Source: Pelomyxa schiedti (lineage: Eukaryota; Protista; Evosea). Taken from it: 64,000 nt of DNA. Below are positions 26,194-39,900 of the stretch, in pieces. The translations under genes and the position numbers were made by a program. Location of the stretch: NCBI GenBank assembly GCA_020536535.1, contig JAHLWZ010000423.1, forward strand, positions 124,001-188,000, given 5' to 3'. How positions within the stretch are numbered: position 1 is the stretch's first letter; every line of letters begins with the position of its first letter. The notes under the pieces were generated by a model. It saw only the letters and a list, made by a program, of their open reading frames with translations. It was not told where the DNA came from and ran no database searches.

Positions 26194-26326
26194 CCGGGAT
26201 GGGTTCCGCTAAATCGCAGAAACCCTTCGTGCACACTCAACTCGGCAACTGCTCCAAGCCTCATGACATAGGCTTACATCTGCCCTCATGTTATGACAGT
26301 TAACTAAGGAGCAGATCACTCCCAGG
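26194..26326. ncRNA. Candidate structured intergenic element B
   Basis: CTGCTCC/GGAGCAG encloses either TCATGACAT/ATGTTATGA or AAGCCT/AGGCTT. There is an additional hairpin GGGTT..GC/GC..AACCC. Confidence 0.4.
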
Positions 26327-26361
26327 ATCATCAAAAACCGGCCAATCGCTTTTCTGTAATA

Positions 26362-27159
26362 ATGCAACGGGTTGCGCTGGGGGAAGGGGTGTGCCGATTC
26401 GAGGCTACGAAAGTGCGCAGGGGTGTCGTTGGCGCCTGGGACCTGTTCTTGTTGGCCGTCGGCGTGGCTGTCCTGGCAATCTACGGCAAAACTGTGTGTA
26501 TGTGAGCGAGGGGGCTAGGGGGAGTTGAGTTGATCTGATCATCTGATCATATTGATGGATGTTTCTATAGAGCTACGTTGTTGTGGCTGGTATCGCGACT
26601 GTTGCTGCTCTGAGAGTATGGAGCGTTCTTACTGCTGTCGTACAAGGTTCAATTTTGCCATTTGCCATTTGAGTTTGGTTGGCTAGCGAATGGAACAACC
26701 AAATTGTGTCGGATGATAATTTGACTTTTTGTTATAAGAGTCTGTCACTGTGATGGCTGGAGTGGGAATTCAGTTGGCTTCAAAGACGTTCATGGGGTCT
26801 ACCTCAACCAAGTTTGTTGAGTTTGGCTTGATTGAGGATTTGGTCATTAATGAATCCATCCAAATGTATTCTGTGGTACCTTACCTGGCAATAATGCTCA
26901 AACAAACAGCGCCATCACCCAAACCGGCAACTAAAAACGATCCACAAGCTCCCTATGCACCAGACCTAATTGTTCTTTTCCAGGTGCATTCCACTTTTTT
27001 ATATCACACAATTCTCATTGACTGTATAACACTCAGCACATTATGCCACGCCTCCACGTACTTACTGACACTTTGAACCAAGCCAGGCAGACCCTTTTTT
27101 TCCACTCCCCAGAACGACTCAACAAAGACAAAAGTGCTCTGCAACATGCAACCAGTTAA
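26362..27159 (+). CDS. PIGH: GPI-GlcNAc transferase subunit H (PIG-H/Gpi15)
   Basis: Two TM segments, then ESVTVMAGVGIQL, IEDLVINESIQMYSVVPYLA and LIVLFQ|HIMPRL, matching the PIG-H pattern. Confidence 0.85.
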
Positions 27160-27214
27160 TTACATCAAACAAAAAAGCAAAACAGTTTTTCTTTTTTTGC
27201 CTTTGTGTTAACTT

Positions 27215-29919
27215 TCAAATATGGTACAAACAGAACTTGACTTGCCTGTCATCACTGACAGTGACCATCAAGCCAGCCGTTGGGTGTGATGTCACGAGAG
27301 TGATCAGCTTTGTGTGGGCCTCGACTTGGAACACGAGGCTTCCAGAAAATGTTCCACAGTCTCAGACTTCCTTCCTCGTCAGGGAGTGCGATGTGTTGCA
27401 GCCCCTTGTTGACAAAGCATGGCATGAGGATGAATGTGGACGTGAAATGGTGGCGAGGCCGTGCGATTCATACAGCCGAACCACGGCACGGTGTTCCAGG
27501 GACCACAGGTACACGTGAACTTGGTCTTGTGCTGTGTCTAGTCTCGTCGCTGTTATCATGTACTTCCCACAGGGTGATATGTGTCTTCCAACGATTACAC
27601 TGGGGTAGTGACTTGCTTTCCAACAAATCTTTGTTTTGTTTGTTTTTTGGGGGGAAAGCGGGCATTAAGTCCAAATTCTTTTGGAGAAGGTTTAAAACCT
27701 CATACTTCGACCGCGGTCTTTATTCAACTTGTAAAACCAAACATCGGAAAATCTAGAATGGCCAGTCAAAGTTGCAATCATACTTCTGTAAGTTCCCTGG
27801 TTTTGTGGCACTGGAAGTGGCAATTTGTAAGCAGCAATATGCGAGGTATTGTGGATCAGGTCATTGATCACAACTTGAGATGGTGGTGTCCGGTATACAA
27901 CCACACCGGCATCAATCCACCACGCATAGGAATAGAACTGGACTGGATTTTAGGGGAAGAAAAGGAAGGAAGATTCCTACGTTACCGCCAGGAAGAGTGG
28001 CTTTTTGTATCAAGGTTCCATCAGAGACTTCCAGAACAACGGAAGAAGCAGCGCGCCGAACCTGTGTGCCATGAGTCACTGCTTCATCTACAACCAAGAA
28101 CTTGGAGTCGCTTTGAATGCATGTACCATAAGCTGCAAGAAAACCGACTGTGGGAGGAGGCATACCTGCTCCAGGACACTTTTGCATTGTCGAAAGCTGC
28201 TCTCCACACAGAACACGGGTTCGCAAGTGGAAGTTCACCCCACGGGGGTACCTGAGAAACGCCGGAGGAGTTGCACGCACTGACGATAGACTCAGTCCTA
28301 AACAAGAAAAGCATCCTGTCTCTGGAAGCGGTTGCCAGATAGGCACCACAGGGCTGAACTCGGCCGAACAGAACCTCATCACAATGCATAGTCGAAGCAG
28401 CACGAGGCTTCCTTGGGATAGTCACAAACTCCCGAAACCAAATCAATTTGGGATTGGCGCTGCCGTTCTCGTCGGCGCTGGCGCCTTGGGTACCACCACC
28501 ACGAGGAGGCGGGGCGGCGCAGGCCGGGCAGCCGCAAGACCGCCGCAGAGACTCGAGGTCGTCGCGGGAGGCCGAGGCGAGCAGGCGCTCGGGGACCCGC
28601 AGGTACCGCGACGCGACCCGGGGCCACAGCGACGACTCGCGGTCCGGGAGCCCGACCAGGCGCGCGAACCGGCGGCACGTGCGCGAGAACCGCGCGATGT
28701 CCGGCACCGCGCTGTACGACCCCAGCAGGCACGCCCTCCGGGTTGGTCAACCAATTTTCATGGAAAGCCCCCAACTTGGGGGCTTATTGTTGTGTAAGTG
28801 CACTTACAGCCTTGAAGGAAGTGGAGGGGATGGAGGTGGGCTTGGCCCTGGTGTGCTGGGTGCCTGGGACATCACAGAGTCGAGCGAAGCTGCCGACCCG
28901 TATGAGGCAGGATACGCTGCCAATGACACCAAGTCGCCCTGCTGCTCCGACAATGTCGATGACAATGCCAACGGGGATGCCGCGGAGGATACTGAGGACT
29001 GGGGACTCACCATTGGCTTGAAAGCCATCGGGAGGTCTCTGGGGGGCAAAGGGGGAGGCAACGGGGCCAAGGGGGATGTGGTTGTAGTAATAGTAGTAGT
29101 TGTTGTTACTGCTGTTGATTTCAAGGAACTTCGCCTGGAGGATGAGGAGGGAGGTGCGGGAAGGATTGGTTTGTTTGTGCCGCTTGTTGGATTGTTTGAT
29201 GGTGGTGGAGGCGGCGGTGGGAGTTGTTCAACTGAGTCTGATGGGTTTTCAACAAAGCGGCACGGGAGGTCAGCTTTCCCGTTCTTGAATTTGAAAACAG
29301 CATCCCCGGTTGGAAGGTTGTCAGAAAAAGTTCCTGAGAAGATAGATCCTTCAGGGTACGTCCATGTGCCTGTTCCATCCAACTTTCCTTCTTTCCATTC
29401 TCCCTCATACTGTTTTTTTTAAAGAAGCGTTATTTTTAAGCGTGCGCCGGGGTAAGAGTACCACGGTCAGGGTGTCAGCATGCAAGTACTTTCCAGTGCC
29501 ATGCTTTTTATCGCTCTCCCATTCTCCATCATAAGCATCATTATTTGCGTACGTGTATTTTCCATACCCATGCCTCTTGTTGTCCTTCCAGTCACCTGTC
29601 GACAAAAATTAATCTCGCTTCCCAAAGGCGTGTCTGTAACTCAACCTCTGTAACATGACTTATCAACATAGTCATATGCACCCCAACCATGCTTCATGCC
29701 TTTATGCCAATAGCCCCTATATATAGCCCCCGAAGCGGACGCGTACGTCCCCCGCCCCTCACGCAATCCCCCAGCCAGTCCCCCAACGTACTTATCCCCA
29801 TTTGGATATTCCTGGGCAGTTCCGTCTTCGCCCCACGATTCTTCCTCAAGAACCCGGCAACTTATGTCAGGGGTGCCGAGCACGACCATTTCTACAGGTT
29901 CCGTCTCTGCTGTTGTCAT
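27215..29919 (-). CDS. MORN-repeat, Pro/Ser-rich linker, F-box and WD40 (FBXW5-like) protein; possibly two genes
   Basis: MORN repeats (YPNGDKYVG, YRGYWHKGMKHGWG, YDGEWESDKKHGTG); F-box-like LPSRL|ACLLGSY..DIARFSRTCRRF..LW; WD40-like HCDEVLF..GAYLATASRD and a terminal VTVSDDRQVKF. Confidence 0.65.
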
Positions 29920-30115
29920 TCTGATGGTGGGAATGGCACAAATTCGGTGCGGCGAAGGCAGACTTATGGTGGCAGTCAATGTACCCACGTGTGCAGTGAA
30001 GGATTAATGTTTTAATGACTTTTGCGGGGCGCGTTGATAACAGTGAACGGTGCCACATTTCGTTTTGCCCAAATATTTCGTTTTGAAATGTTTCCCTTTG
30101 AACCGTTTCAAACAA

Positions 30116-30226
30116 ATTGAGTGGTGGCCGTGCAGCGACAAGGGGAGAAAATCATGAGGATGATCAAAGCACTCTGGGGGAAGATGGTTCAGGAGTGATG
30201 AGGGTCTCAGCTTTCAATTGCTCAAT
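30116..30226. ncRNA. Candidate structured intergenic element E with C-box-like motifs
   Basis: Closing ATTGAGTGGT/ATTGCTCAAT (with G-U pairs) and inner CACTC/GAGTG. Contains GTGATGA and GAGGATGA. Confidence 0.3.
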
Positions 30227-30318
30227 CTGCGAAAAAAAACGAGGACCAAAGTCAAAGCCCTTTGAAGGGAAAAAAAAGCCTGTGAAAAGGAAAAAAAATA
30301 AATCACAGAGCAGGGGTG

Positions 30319-32868
30319 ATGCAGCAGCCCGAAACAACGACACCCGCCGCTGAGGAGGCCCCCAAGGCCGCAGCAACTGAAGCCGTAGTACCCGCGACCA
30401 CAGCGGCCCAAGCCCCAGCGGAAGCCGCAGCCCCCACCGCAGCCGCCACGCAGAAGCCCAAGGTCACCATAGTCAAGAAGCCCGCCACCCCCGCTTCGGC
30501 TTCCCCATCTGCCAATCCCGGCACCGCAGCCCCCAAGGGCAAGGCACCAAAGTCACCCGCTCCCCAAGGCTCCGCGCAGCAGCCGCCCGCCGCAGCGCAG
30601 CCCCCTGCCGAAAAGGCCCCCAAAAAGAAGAAGAAGAAGGCCGACCCCAACGAGCTCCTGCCCGGCGAGGCCCCGCCCACCCCAGAAGAGATCGAGCGCC
30701 GGCGCCAAAAGAAGGCCGCTGCCGTAGCCGCCGCCGCCGCGTCCTCGTCGACTGCCGCCACGCCCAAGGCGGCCTCCAGCACTCCCGCCGCGACGCCGCA
30801 GGCCCATCCCCAGGGCAAGGCGCCGGCTCCGCAGGCGGCCAAGGGCCCCGTGCCTCTGCAATTGCAGCCTCAGCCGCTGCAGACGGGGGCGGCCGCCGCC
30901 AAGAAGCCCAAGACGAAGCAGCCCAAGAAGCAGGAGCCCGAGGCGCCGGCTCTGTCCCTGCGCACTCGCACGGCCGCCGCTATGGCTTGCAACAAGCCGG
31001 CTCCAGTCGATGCCCCGAGCGCTGCTTCAAAGGACTCTGGTCAGGCCAAGTTTGAGGCTGCGATGGTCGAGTTCGATACAAAAATCAAAGCTTGCGGCAT
31101 GAAATTGGTAACTGCTTTCTCCTTGTGTTTTTTATGGCGTCCCAAATCCCTGTCTGGTACTAACTTTTTTTAAAGATGCAAATCAGTACCTCATTGCAAC
31201 AAAAAGATATTTCCCTCAACACTTATCTTAACACAATGAAAACCTGCCGTGAAACTCTCCAGAAACTGGAGTGTGTTTTTTTTTAATTTTATCACCCACT
31301 AATTTTTGTCTCTTCCAAGGGCATCGGCAGCTGAGGCAGCCAAGTCAAAAGTTGAGGCCGAATCCAATGTAAAGAAGTTTGAGGCTCTTAGTCTGAGTCT
31401 AACTTCCGAAGTCGAAAAGGTACCCTCCTCCTAAATACCATTTAAGTATTCACCTTTTCCAGTCACGACAAAAACTTGTTGATGCTGCAAAGGGAGTAAG
31501 AATTACTTGGAATTTGCAAAAAAATCTCGCGAACATTGACCAGAAAATACTGTTCGTACAACCACTTTTTCACTTCCACTTTTTTGGTTGATATTATCAC
31601 AGTGAGGTCCAAAGAGGTGGGGACCACAAGGGACCAAGGATTGTAGATCAATTAGAGAAAGCAAAGACTGCTGCTATGTCTGTCTTTTTTTATTCTATCT
31701 CGAATACTGAAAGTTTGACAGGGAGTTCAATGCCAAGCAGCAAGAATTGAAAGCAAACAGCCCACAACACCATGCCTATCTCGCACAGGTTAGCTTGCGC
31801 GCTACTTTGTAACTCCTAACGCTTTCTTCAGCATGCTGATACCCAGATAATTCACATCCGTCTTCAGCAGGCAGCAATCTTGGAAAGACTTAGACAAGCA
31901 CACTCAGGCTTAAAAAAGAATAGAACGGAAATTGTACCTCTTATGACCGAGAGTATTTTCCTCCACTTCTTTTTGCCTGTCAACACTTTTTACAGGGAAC
32001 GCTTTACTCCAGGAGATTAAAGACCATGTGGAAGGAATGCGTCTCGCAAGAAAACAGGAGCACGAACGTTTAATCGATTCTGCGATTAGCAATTGGCAGG
32101 AGGGACTTAAAACGTACCATGCTCAAATTGAGGAAGGCCACAAACGGAGAACGCAAGAATTGGCAGAAAAAGAGGCTCAAAGAGCTGCCAGGTTCCTTGT
32201 TCTATGAGGAGGCTCGATCTAATTCTCCAATAGAACCAAGCAGATTAAAAAAATAGTAACTGTTGCAGAAAATCCCTATGAAGCAGAAATCGCCACATGC
32301 AATGATTTAATCAATTACGTGCAGCAGATTAAGAGAACAAGTGCCCCAGCACATTCTAAGGGGAAAAAGGTAACTGCTGGCATAACTTGTTTCCCATCTA
32401 ATCCTTTTCGTAGCAATCACTTCAAGTCAAAATGGGCAGCTTCAAGCTCTTTGAATTAATTGGAGTTGCTGTTCCTCTTACACCTGAGGACCTTCCTATT
32501 GCCCTCAAAACGTTGCAAGATAAGAAGGTACTCAAATTGTCTAACAATCAAACACCCTAACTTCCAACAAGGCGGCATTCCAAGCAAAGGCTGCAGAACA
32601 AATGAAAGCGAAGGCCAGCACAAAACCCCCCACACTCGCAGCAGAGGAACCCAAGGCAATCTCAATAGCCCCAGCTACAATCCCCACCGAGCCAGTAGCT
32701 CCGGAAACAACACCAGAGACCCCCTCTTCCACAACAACAGCAGCAACTACCACCACCACAACAAGCACAACAAAAACAGAACCCAAACCAGAACCCGAGG
32801 CTGCACCGGAACCTGAGCCCGCGACAGAAGCGGCACCCACAGAGGAGCCAAAGACCAACTTGGAGTAA
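30319..32868 (+). CDS. Coiled-coil protein, Bfr1/proton-pump-interactor-like, with A/P/K-rich N-terminus
   Basis: Long coiled-coil exons; NPYEAEIATCNDLINY and FKLFELIGVAVPLTPEDLPIALKTL resemble the Bfr1/PPI C-terminal motifs. Confidence 0.6.
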
Positions 32869-32920
32869 AACGAAAAGAAACTCTTTATCTTAAATTCCGC
32901 TTTGGGTTTTTCTTTTTGGT

Positions 32921-34864
32921 TTAGAACAGGTGCTGCTGGCACACTGGGATGTAGCCTGCATAAGAAGACATGCGAGAAATGATGGGAGCAACATCATTGT
33001 CTTCCTTGCGTGCAGCTTTCTTTTCAGTGCCTGTATCAACTATATTGCCCCATCCATAGCACCACTGGTCAGTCAAGCGATACCCACGTGCATCCAGAGC
33101 AAGAGGAGAAGTCACTTTGTAGTTGGAGGAAGATGACTTGGCGCTAGGCACGAGGGATGGTGGTGAGACTTGGAATGTGAGTGTCTGAGTGGTGGGGTTC
33201 TGGAAATCGGTTGTGAATTCGGTCTGTGAGCAGCGGAATACTTCCACGCAGGGAAGTGTGGTGAGCTTCAGGGTGTCTGTGCCGGAAATGGTCCAGATTC
33301 CCTCGGCTGTTTTGCGAATAAAGACATCCTGAGGTTGTAGGAGATTTCTCAGCACTGGAACGGGGAGGATGGAATTACATCGTTACGGCGTTCCGTGACA
33401 GATGAGAAATCAATTCTACATGTGCCAGTACGTCGGAGAGTTAAAGTGATTCCCCAATCTGCTTTTGTATCAGATGTGCGACTTGTGTTGTTCCTATACC
33501 TGTTCCCCTGGCCCAGGCGCCATCAGAGTAGGAGTAGCCAAATTGCCTTGAATCTTTGGTGGCAAAAAGGTTCTTGATAGCCAGGGGACAGGTTTCGCTC
33601 AGTGGCGTTGCTGTCTTCAGTAATGTCGACAAGCGAGCACACTGAACAGGATCAGCAGTTAAAGTCTTGATAATACCAGGTGGAAGGTCCAACAGAGGTT
33701 CTATTCCCTTTAAAGATGCACGTTCTATTTCGTCAAGTTCTTTTTTGGCCTAAATTTGTTTAGTAAAATTAACTTGAATCTTTCAACTTTGCGATATGAA
33801 GACAAAACTAAAGGAGGTGTTTCTTTAATAGTTTTCAGATATCCTAGAAAGTTGGAGCTCATGCCAACGACTATTTTCTTAGTACTGAAAGCACGGGATT
33901 GGAGGTAACTTACTTGTTAGATGATATGCCGTTTTAGGAGGAGTTAACGATAGAGTATACTTCCCGGGTTTCACATCAATGAAAGAGGGAGGACCGGCTA
34001 GTAGATGTTCAGCCACTTTTTCTCCGCTGGGATCCGGTCCAAGAAAAATGGAGGCTTTTATCATTCCAGAAAATATGCGAATTTTCTCAAGTCCTACAGG
34101 GACTTCAAAATTATGAATGGCTTCTGGCTTTTCAGGTGTAACTCTGCCCCAATGATCCAGAAGTGTGGAGAAAAGAGGAAGTTTGTTCTGATGAAAATGA
34201 GTGAAAAGAAATTCACCGGTACTCTGAGTAACCGTACTTTAAGGTTAGGTCTGAATTTCAACAGAATTTTTGTTGTGAGTTGTTGCAGCGTTTCGGCATT
34301 TTTGATACAGGCTCTGTGATTTCCCTCAACGTCAACAGATTCTTCTGAAAGTACGCTTTCCCTTAGAGGAGCTGTCACAATATCTTTGGTCTTTAGCCAC
34401 TTTTTATTCAGTCTGATTATCTGGCCATTCACCCAATGAGAACGCAGCGATCGAGTATTTTCGCTTTACACCTAGGAGAACTAAACAACCTTATGCCACA
34501 TCAACAAGTCAGACCAAGACACAATTCCCCTGCACATGTCAATCGGCACCCCGCGTGCCACAGCAAACAATGCCGTCACCCTGGGATCCTCCTCAAGCTT
34601 CTTCGCGACTTTACTGACTGCTGCAGCAGAAGCATTAGACGAAACTGAAGCAGTGACCGCTACGGCGGCAGGGGCCTTGGCTGGTGGCGTCTTTGTGGGG
34701 GCATTTGTGGTTGCGGGTGCTTTTACCACGCCTGGTTGGGTCTGAGTTGTGGTGGACGTTGCACCAGAAGCGGATTTCTTCTTTTTGTTGTTGCGTTTGC
34801 GCTTCTTCTTGGAAGCGGTGTTGTTCGCTGGTTGTGTGCTTGTGGCGACGGGCTTGGCTGACAT
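32921..34864 (-). CDS. Hypothetical protein with a basic NLS-like N-terminus (multi-exon)
   Basis: Collinear minus-strand ORFs 34481-34864, 34094-34432, 33879-34064, 33441-33692 and 32921-33355, separated by short intron-like gaps; KKKRKRNNKKKK. No family recognised. Confidence 0.6.
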
Positions 34865-34953
34865 TTTTGATGGAGGTTTTTTTTAAAAAAAAAAGAAAAA
34901 GGGTTCTCGACTTTTTCTTGACCAGTTTTTTTTTTTTTCTGTTAAGAACTGTT

Positions 34954-36333
<1,380 letters not shown>

Positions 36334-36887
36334 CTACAGCTCCGGTCTGGGGTTTGCCTCTTGGGAAAAGAAAGATCTGGCTTTTTCCAATACATCAGCC
36401 TGGGTGACTTCTGTGGGCCTTCCTCTGAGAACCTCCCTGGCAACTGACTCTGGGAACATCTGCATGATGGAGTCATGTCTCTGTGTGCCGGGCAGAGGCT
36501 CGCGGTGTGACTTGACCACGCAGTTCTCCTCAGAGGCATCACAAGCCACGTCAACAACGAGAGGCACTGACGACCCTGCCAACATGTGAAGGCTCTCGTC
36601 GACTTCCAGGCACAGAGCCCACGCAAATAAGATGACTGTATTGTCCTCTGGAAGCGTAACCACAAGTGGGTCGTCGTTCCCTGGTGAATGGAAGAACTTG
36701 TGGGAACAGAACACCTGCAGGTTTGTGAGTAATACAGCATTGCGTAAATGAGACTGAGACACACATGGGCAGACACCGGGCTCATGAAATGCACTGGAAG
36801 GTACGCTTCTAGTGCATCGTCGTACGCACTTCCACACGAACTACAGACAACCAAAAACCCAACCACAAGTGCCACACCCCACCACAT
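36334..36887 (-). CDS. Small secreted protein of unknown function (2 exons), C-terminal RPEL
   Basis: Signal peptide MWWGVALVVGFLVVC; a phase-0 GT-AG intron joins HFMSP|VFCSHKF to ORF 36334-36837. Confidence 0.65.
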
Positions 36888-36968
36888 TCTGAGTGATCAA
36901 AATGATCGAACGAAACAAGATGTTTTCCAGGAACTGGATGGAAAGAAATCAACAAGTCAAAAAAACGG

Positions 36969-39900
36969 ATGTTCAGGTTTGGTGGCCACCGCAAGAAAGG
37001 CACGTCTAACCTGCGGCGTAGCAAAACGCCGCCGCCGAGCAAAACCCAGGCTCCAGCCACTCCCTCGCCCCTCCCCACTGTCATCCCGGCCGTGAGTGTC
37101 GCCAGCACCCCGTCGGCCACGGGCACGCCCCACCACAGCCACTCCCGCGCCCACGGCCACGGGGGCCGCCGGCACGCCCACCACGACGCGGACGGCCTGC
37201 GCCGCTCCCACACCCCCCCGGCCCCCCGTGCCCGCGGCGCCGTAGAGGACGACGACGACGACTCGGAGCCCGAGCGGCCTGATCAGCGCCCCCAGCCCCT
37301 GCCACTCCCCACACTCACTGCATCCTCCTCCTCTTCCGCCGCAGCAGCGGCAGCAGCAGCCGCGGCGGCGGCTGCGGCGGCGGCAGCGGTTGTGATGACA
37401 TCCACTGGCACTGGGGCCAAGTGCCCCCCGCCGATGCCCACGCCGGCGGCCACTATGAGTGGCGGCGGTTCGGCCAGCGCCACTGTTTTGGGGAGGACTG
37501 GGAGTACTAGTTCTTTCGGGGGTCAGGAGGGCGACTTGGGCGCCGTAAGGCCAACAGACGCTCAGGTCAACGCAATGTTTGAGTCACTCCTGGTGAGCGT
37601 TTTCTTTTTCTTTTTCTTTTTCTTTTTCTTTTTCTTTTTCTTTTTTTTTTTTGAGCCAATAAAGGCGTAGTGCTCACATTGAATTTGTGTAGATGGAATT
37701 GAGGATACCAACAACAGGGAAAGAAATGTCTTTGCCTATCGACATTAAATGGCAAATGATTCTATCAAACAATAGAGAGAGAGGAGACACAGATGTATGA
37801 AGTCTAGGCTAAAGTCTTTCTTACAGTGTATCCATGACAGGAAACAAAATCAGCCGCGTTTGTCACAGCCCAACTTGGTAGCTCACCCCCTACAACGAAA
37901 CTACTTGAAACAGTTGCCGTGAGTTTGAGAACAAGCCCCCCACGATGGGTGGAAGAGTATGCTGCCATTCTATTCCATTTTTCCTCACAGCACCAAGATT
38001 CATAGAGAACTCTGGCTTACAACACCTAACAAAAATTCTGTCTCATTTGGTATCTGTGTATCCAAGGTATACCTTTATAAAGTAATTAATAAAGCAACCT
38101 CAATCCCTTTCAGTAAGAAGGATATGAATTCAGCCGAGCTCATTCACTTGACCCTTTTGTCTTTGAAAGCCCTCATGAAGAGGTCCAAAGGCTTGCTATA
38201 TGTAATGAAAAACCAGGATGCTGTTCGAAGTGTGGCCATGTGCCTGGCACTTGGAGGTGAATTACAGTCGACAATGCTAAGCATTCTCGAGGACTCAGTT
38301 TCGTTACTCATCGCCCTTGCTGCTTGGAAGGAGAAACTTTTGCCAAGATTTTCCACAAGGGACCTGTCTATTGACCTTGGTGAGCATTCTGTGAAGGGGC
38401 ATGAGTAAGTAAATTTCCAGCCCCATCTTATTCTAACAACCTAGCAGCATAGTTCTGCAAGCACTGGATTTTGTTAAAGACCAATTACGGGATAGGAGCA
38501 AATTTCAGCAAATTTTGAGACTTCTCCAACAAGAAGCACCCTGTTCTGTGGACGAATTGCCTTCAGTCACAGCTATAGCAGATCTCAAAGCCAAGCTAAT
38601 TGCACTTGTAAATGTATTGATTGACAAATGTGATGACTTGAGTCTGAGAATTTTCCTGCGTAATGAACTGTATTCCCTTGGCTTCCATAGAATCCTTGAT
38701 GTAGTCTATTTCCTTGGCACCTTTGGAATTTCCTAAAGTATCTCAGATGGAAGAAATGAACTCAACGGAATCATTACACAACCAAGTGACAATATTCCAG
38801 GAAGATAAAGCAACTGATGATGAGCAAGTCCAGAGGTATATGCAGCATGTCAACGAGGAGTTGGTGAGATTCAATTTAGAGTATGTTGATCTCCACAAAA
38901 TTCAAATCTCACTATTGCAAAGTAATAAGGAGGAACTTGTTTCCGAATTGTTTGAACGTTGTGCTGCGATTGGGTTAGATGATACGCTTCTATCCCTTCT
39001 CACAAAATTATACTCCCTCACAACAGACAGTCAGGGGTACTTTATCGTACAAAAATAGTAACACTAACAAGATTACAGGGTTTCTCGGTTTATCCTTTGT
39101 GATTTAATTATCACTCAACTGTTCCAAAACCTGGATTACATAGGATATGGAGGTACTTTCCTATACTCAATGCAAAGCTTAACGAAGAATATAGAGAAGA
39201 TAGTAGACATCAACGAGGCACTTAGTGGTGTTCAGCCCATGGGTGATTTTGCATTACTTCAACACGAGAAACAACAACAAGACATCATGATTCAAACCCT
39301 AGAAAACAGACTAAGTGCCTTGCGTATGCATTATTTCGTCGTTTTCCTTAACAAGCTTTCTATTCTATTGCTTTAATTTAACATACTGCCAAGAAATGCA
39401 ACTTGACGAAAAAGACCTTACTCTCGCCCAAGGTGCAGAAGCAATTCAGGCTCTTACTTTAAAGCTTGATTATTCTGAGAGGTAACCAGTTACCAAACTG
39501 CATCACCTAGAATCTAACTTGCATGAACAGACTCAACCAGGCAGGCCCTGGTGGCCGGTCCACTACACTCGCTTCACCAACTGACACTGGAATTCTAAGG
39601 ATTCGGTCCGCTAGACTGTCCCGTTCAATTTCCCCCGACTCACGTAGTCTATCCCCAAAAGGTTTTTTAAGCAATAGAACAATTTAATGGAAACCTTATT
39701 TACCTCTTGCAGCTTGCCGAAACTCGCCTGCAACCACCGTTTCTACTGTTTACACCTCACCTCTTCCTTCCGCCAGCCCGACTCATATATTAACTCCTCA
39801 GCCAATGCCTCCCCCTCTTCCGTCTGCAGCATCAGATAGCCAAGTTGCATCTCAACAACCGCAAGAGCCTACAGTAACACCAACCAACACTGACCCCACC

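Noticed and set aside
28150-29422. Long antisense ORFs here and elsewhere (e.g. 30303-30842, 53560-54204)
   Set aside because: They are shadows of GC-rich or low-complexity coding sequence on the other strand, with no recognisable motifs.
37600-37652. (CTTTTT)n tract and other simple repeats (GGC at about 49735-49780, GGGAGT at about 56960-57000)
   Set aside because: Ordinary microsatellites with no unique spacers; not CRISPR or telomeric arrays.
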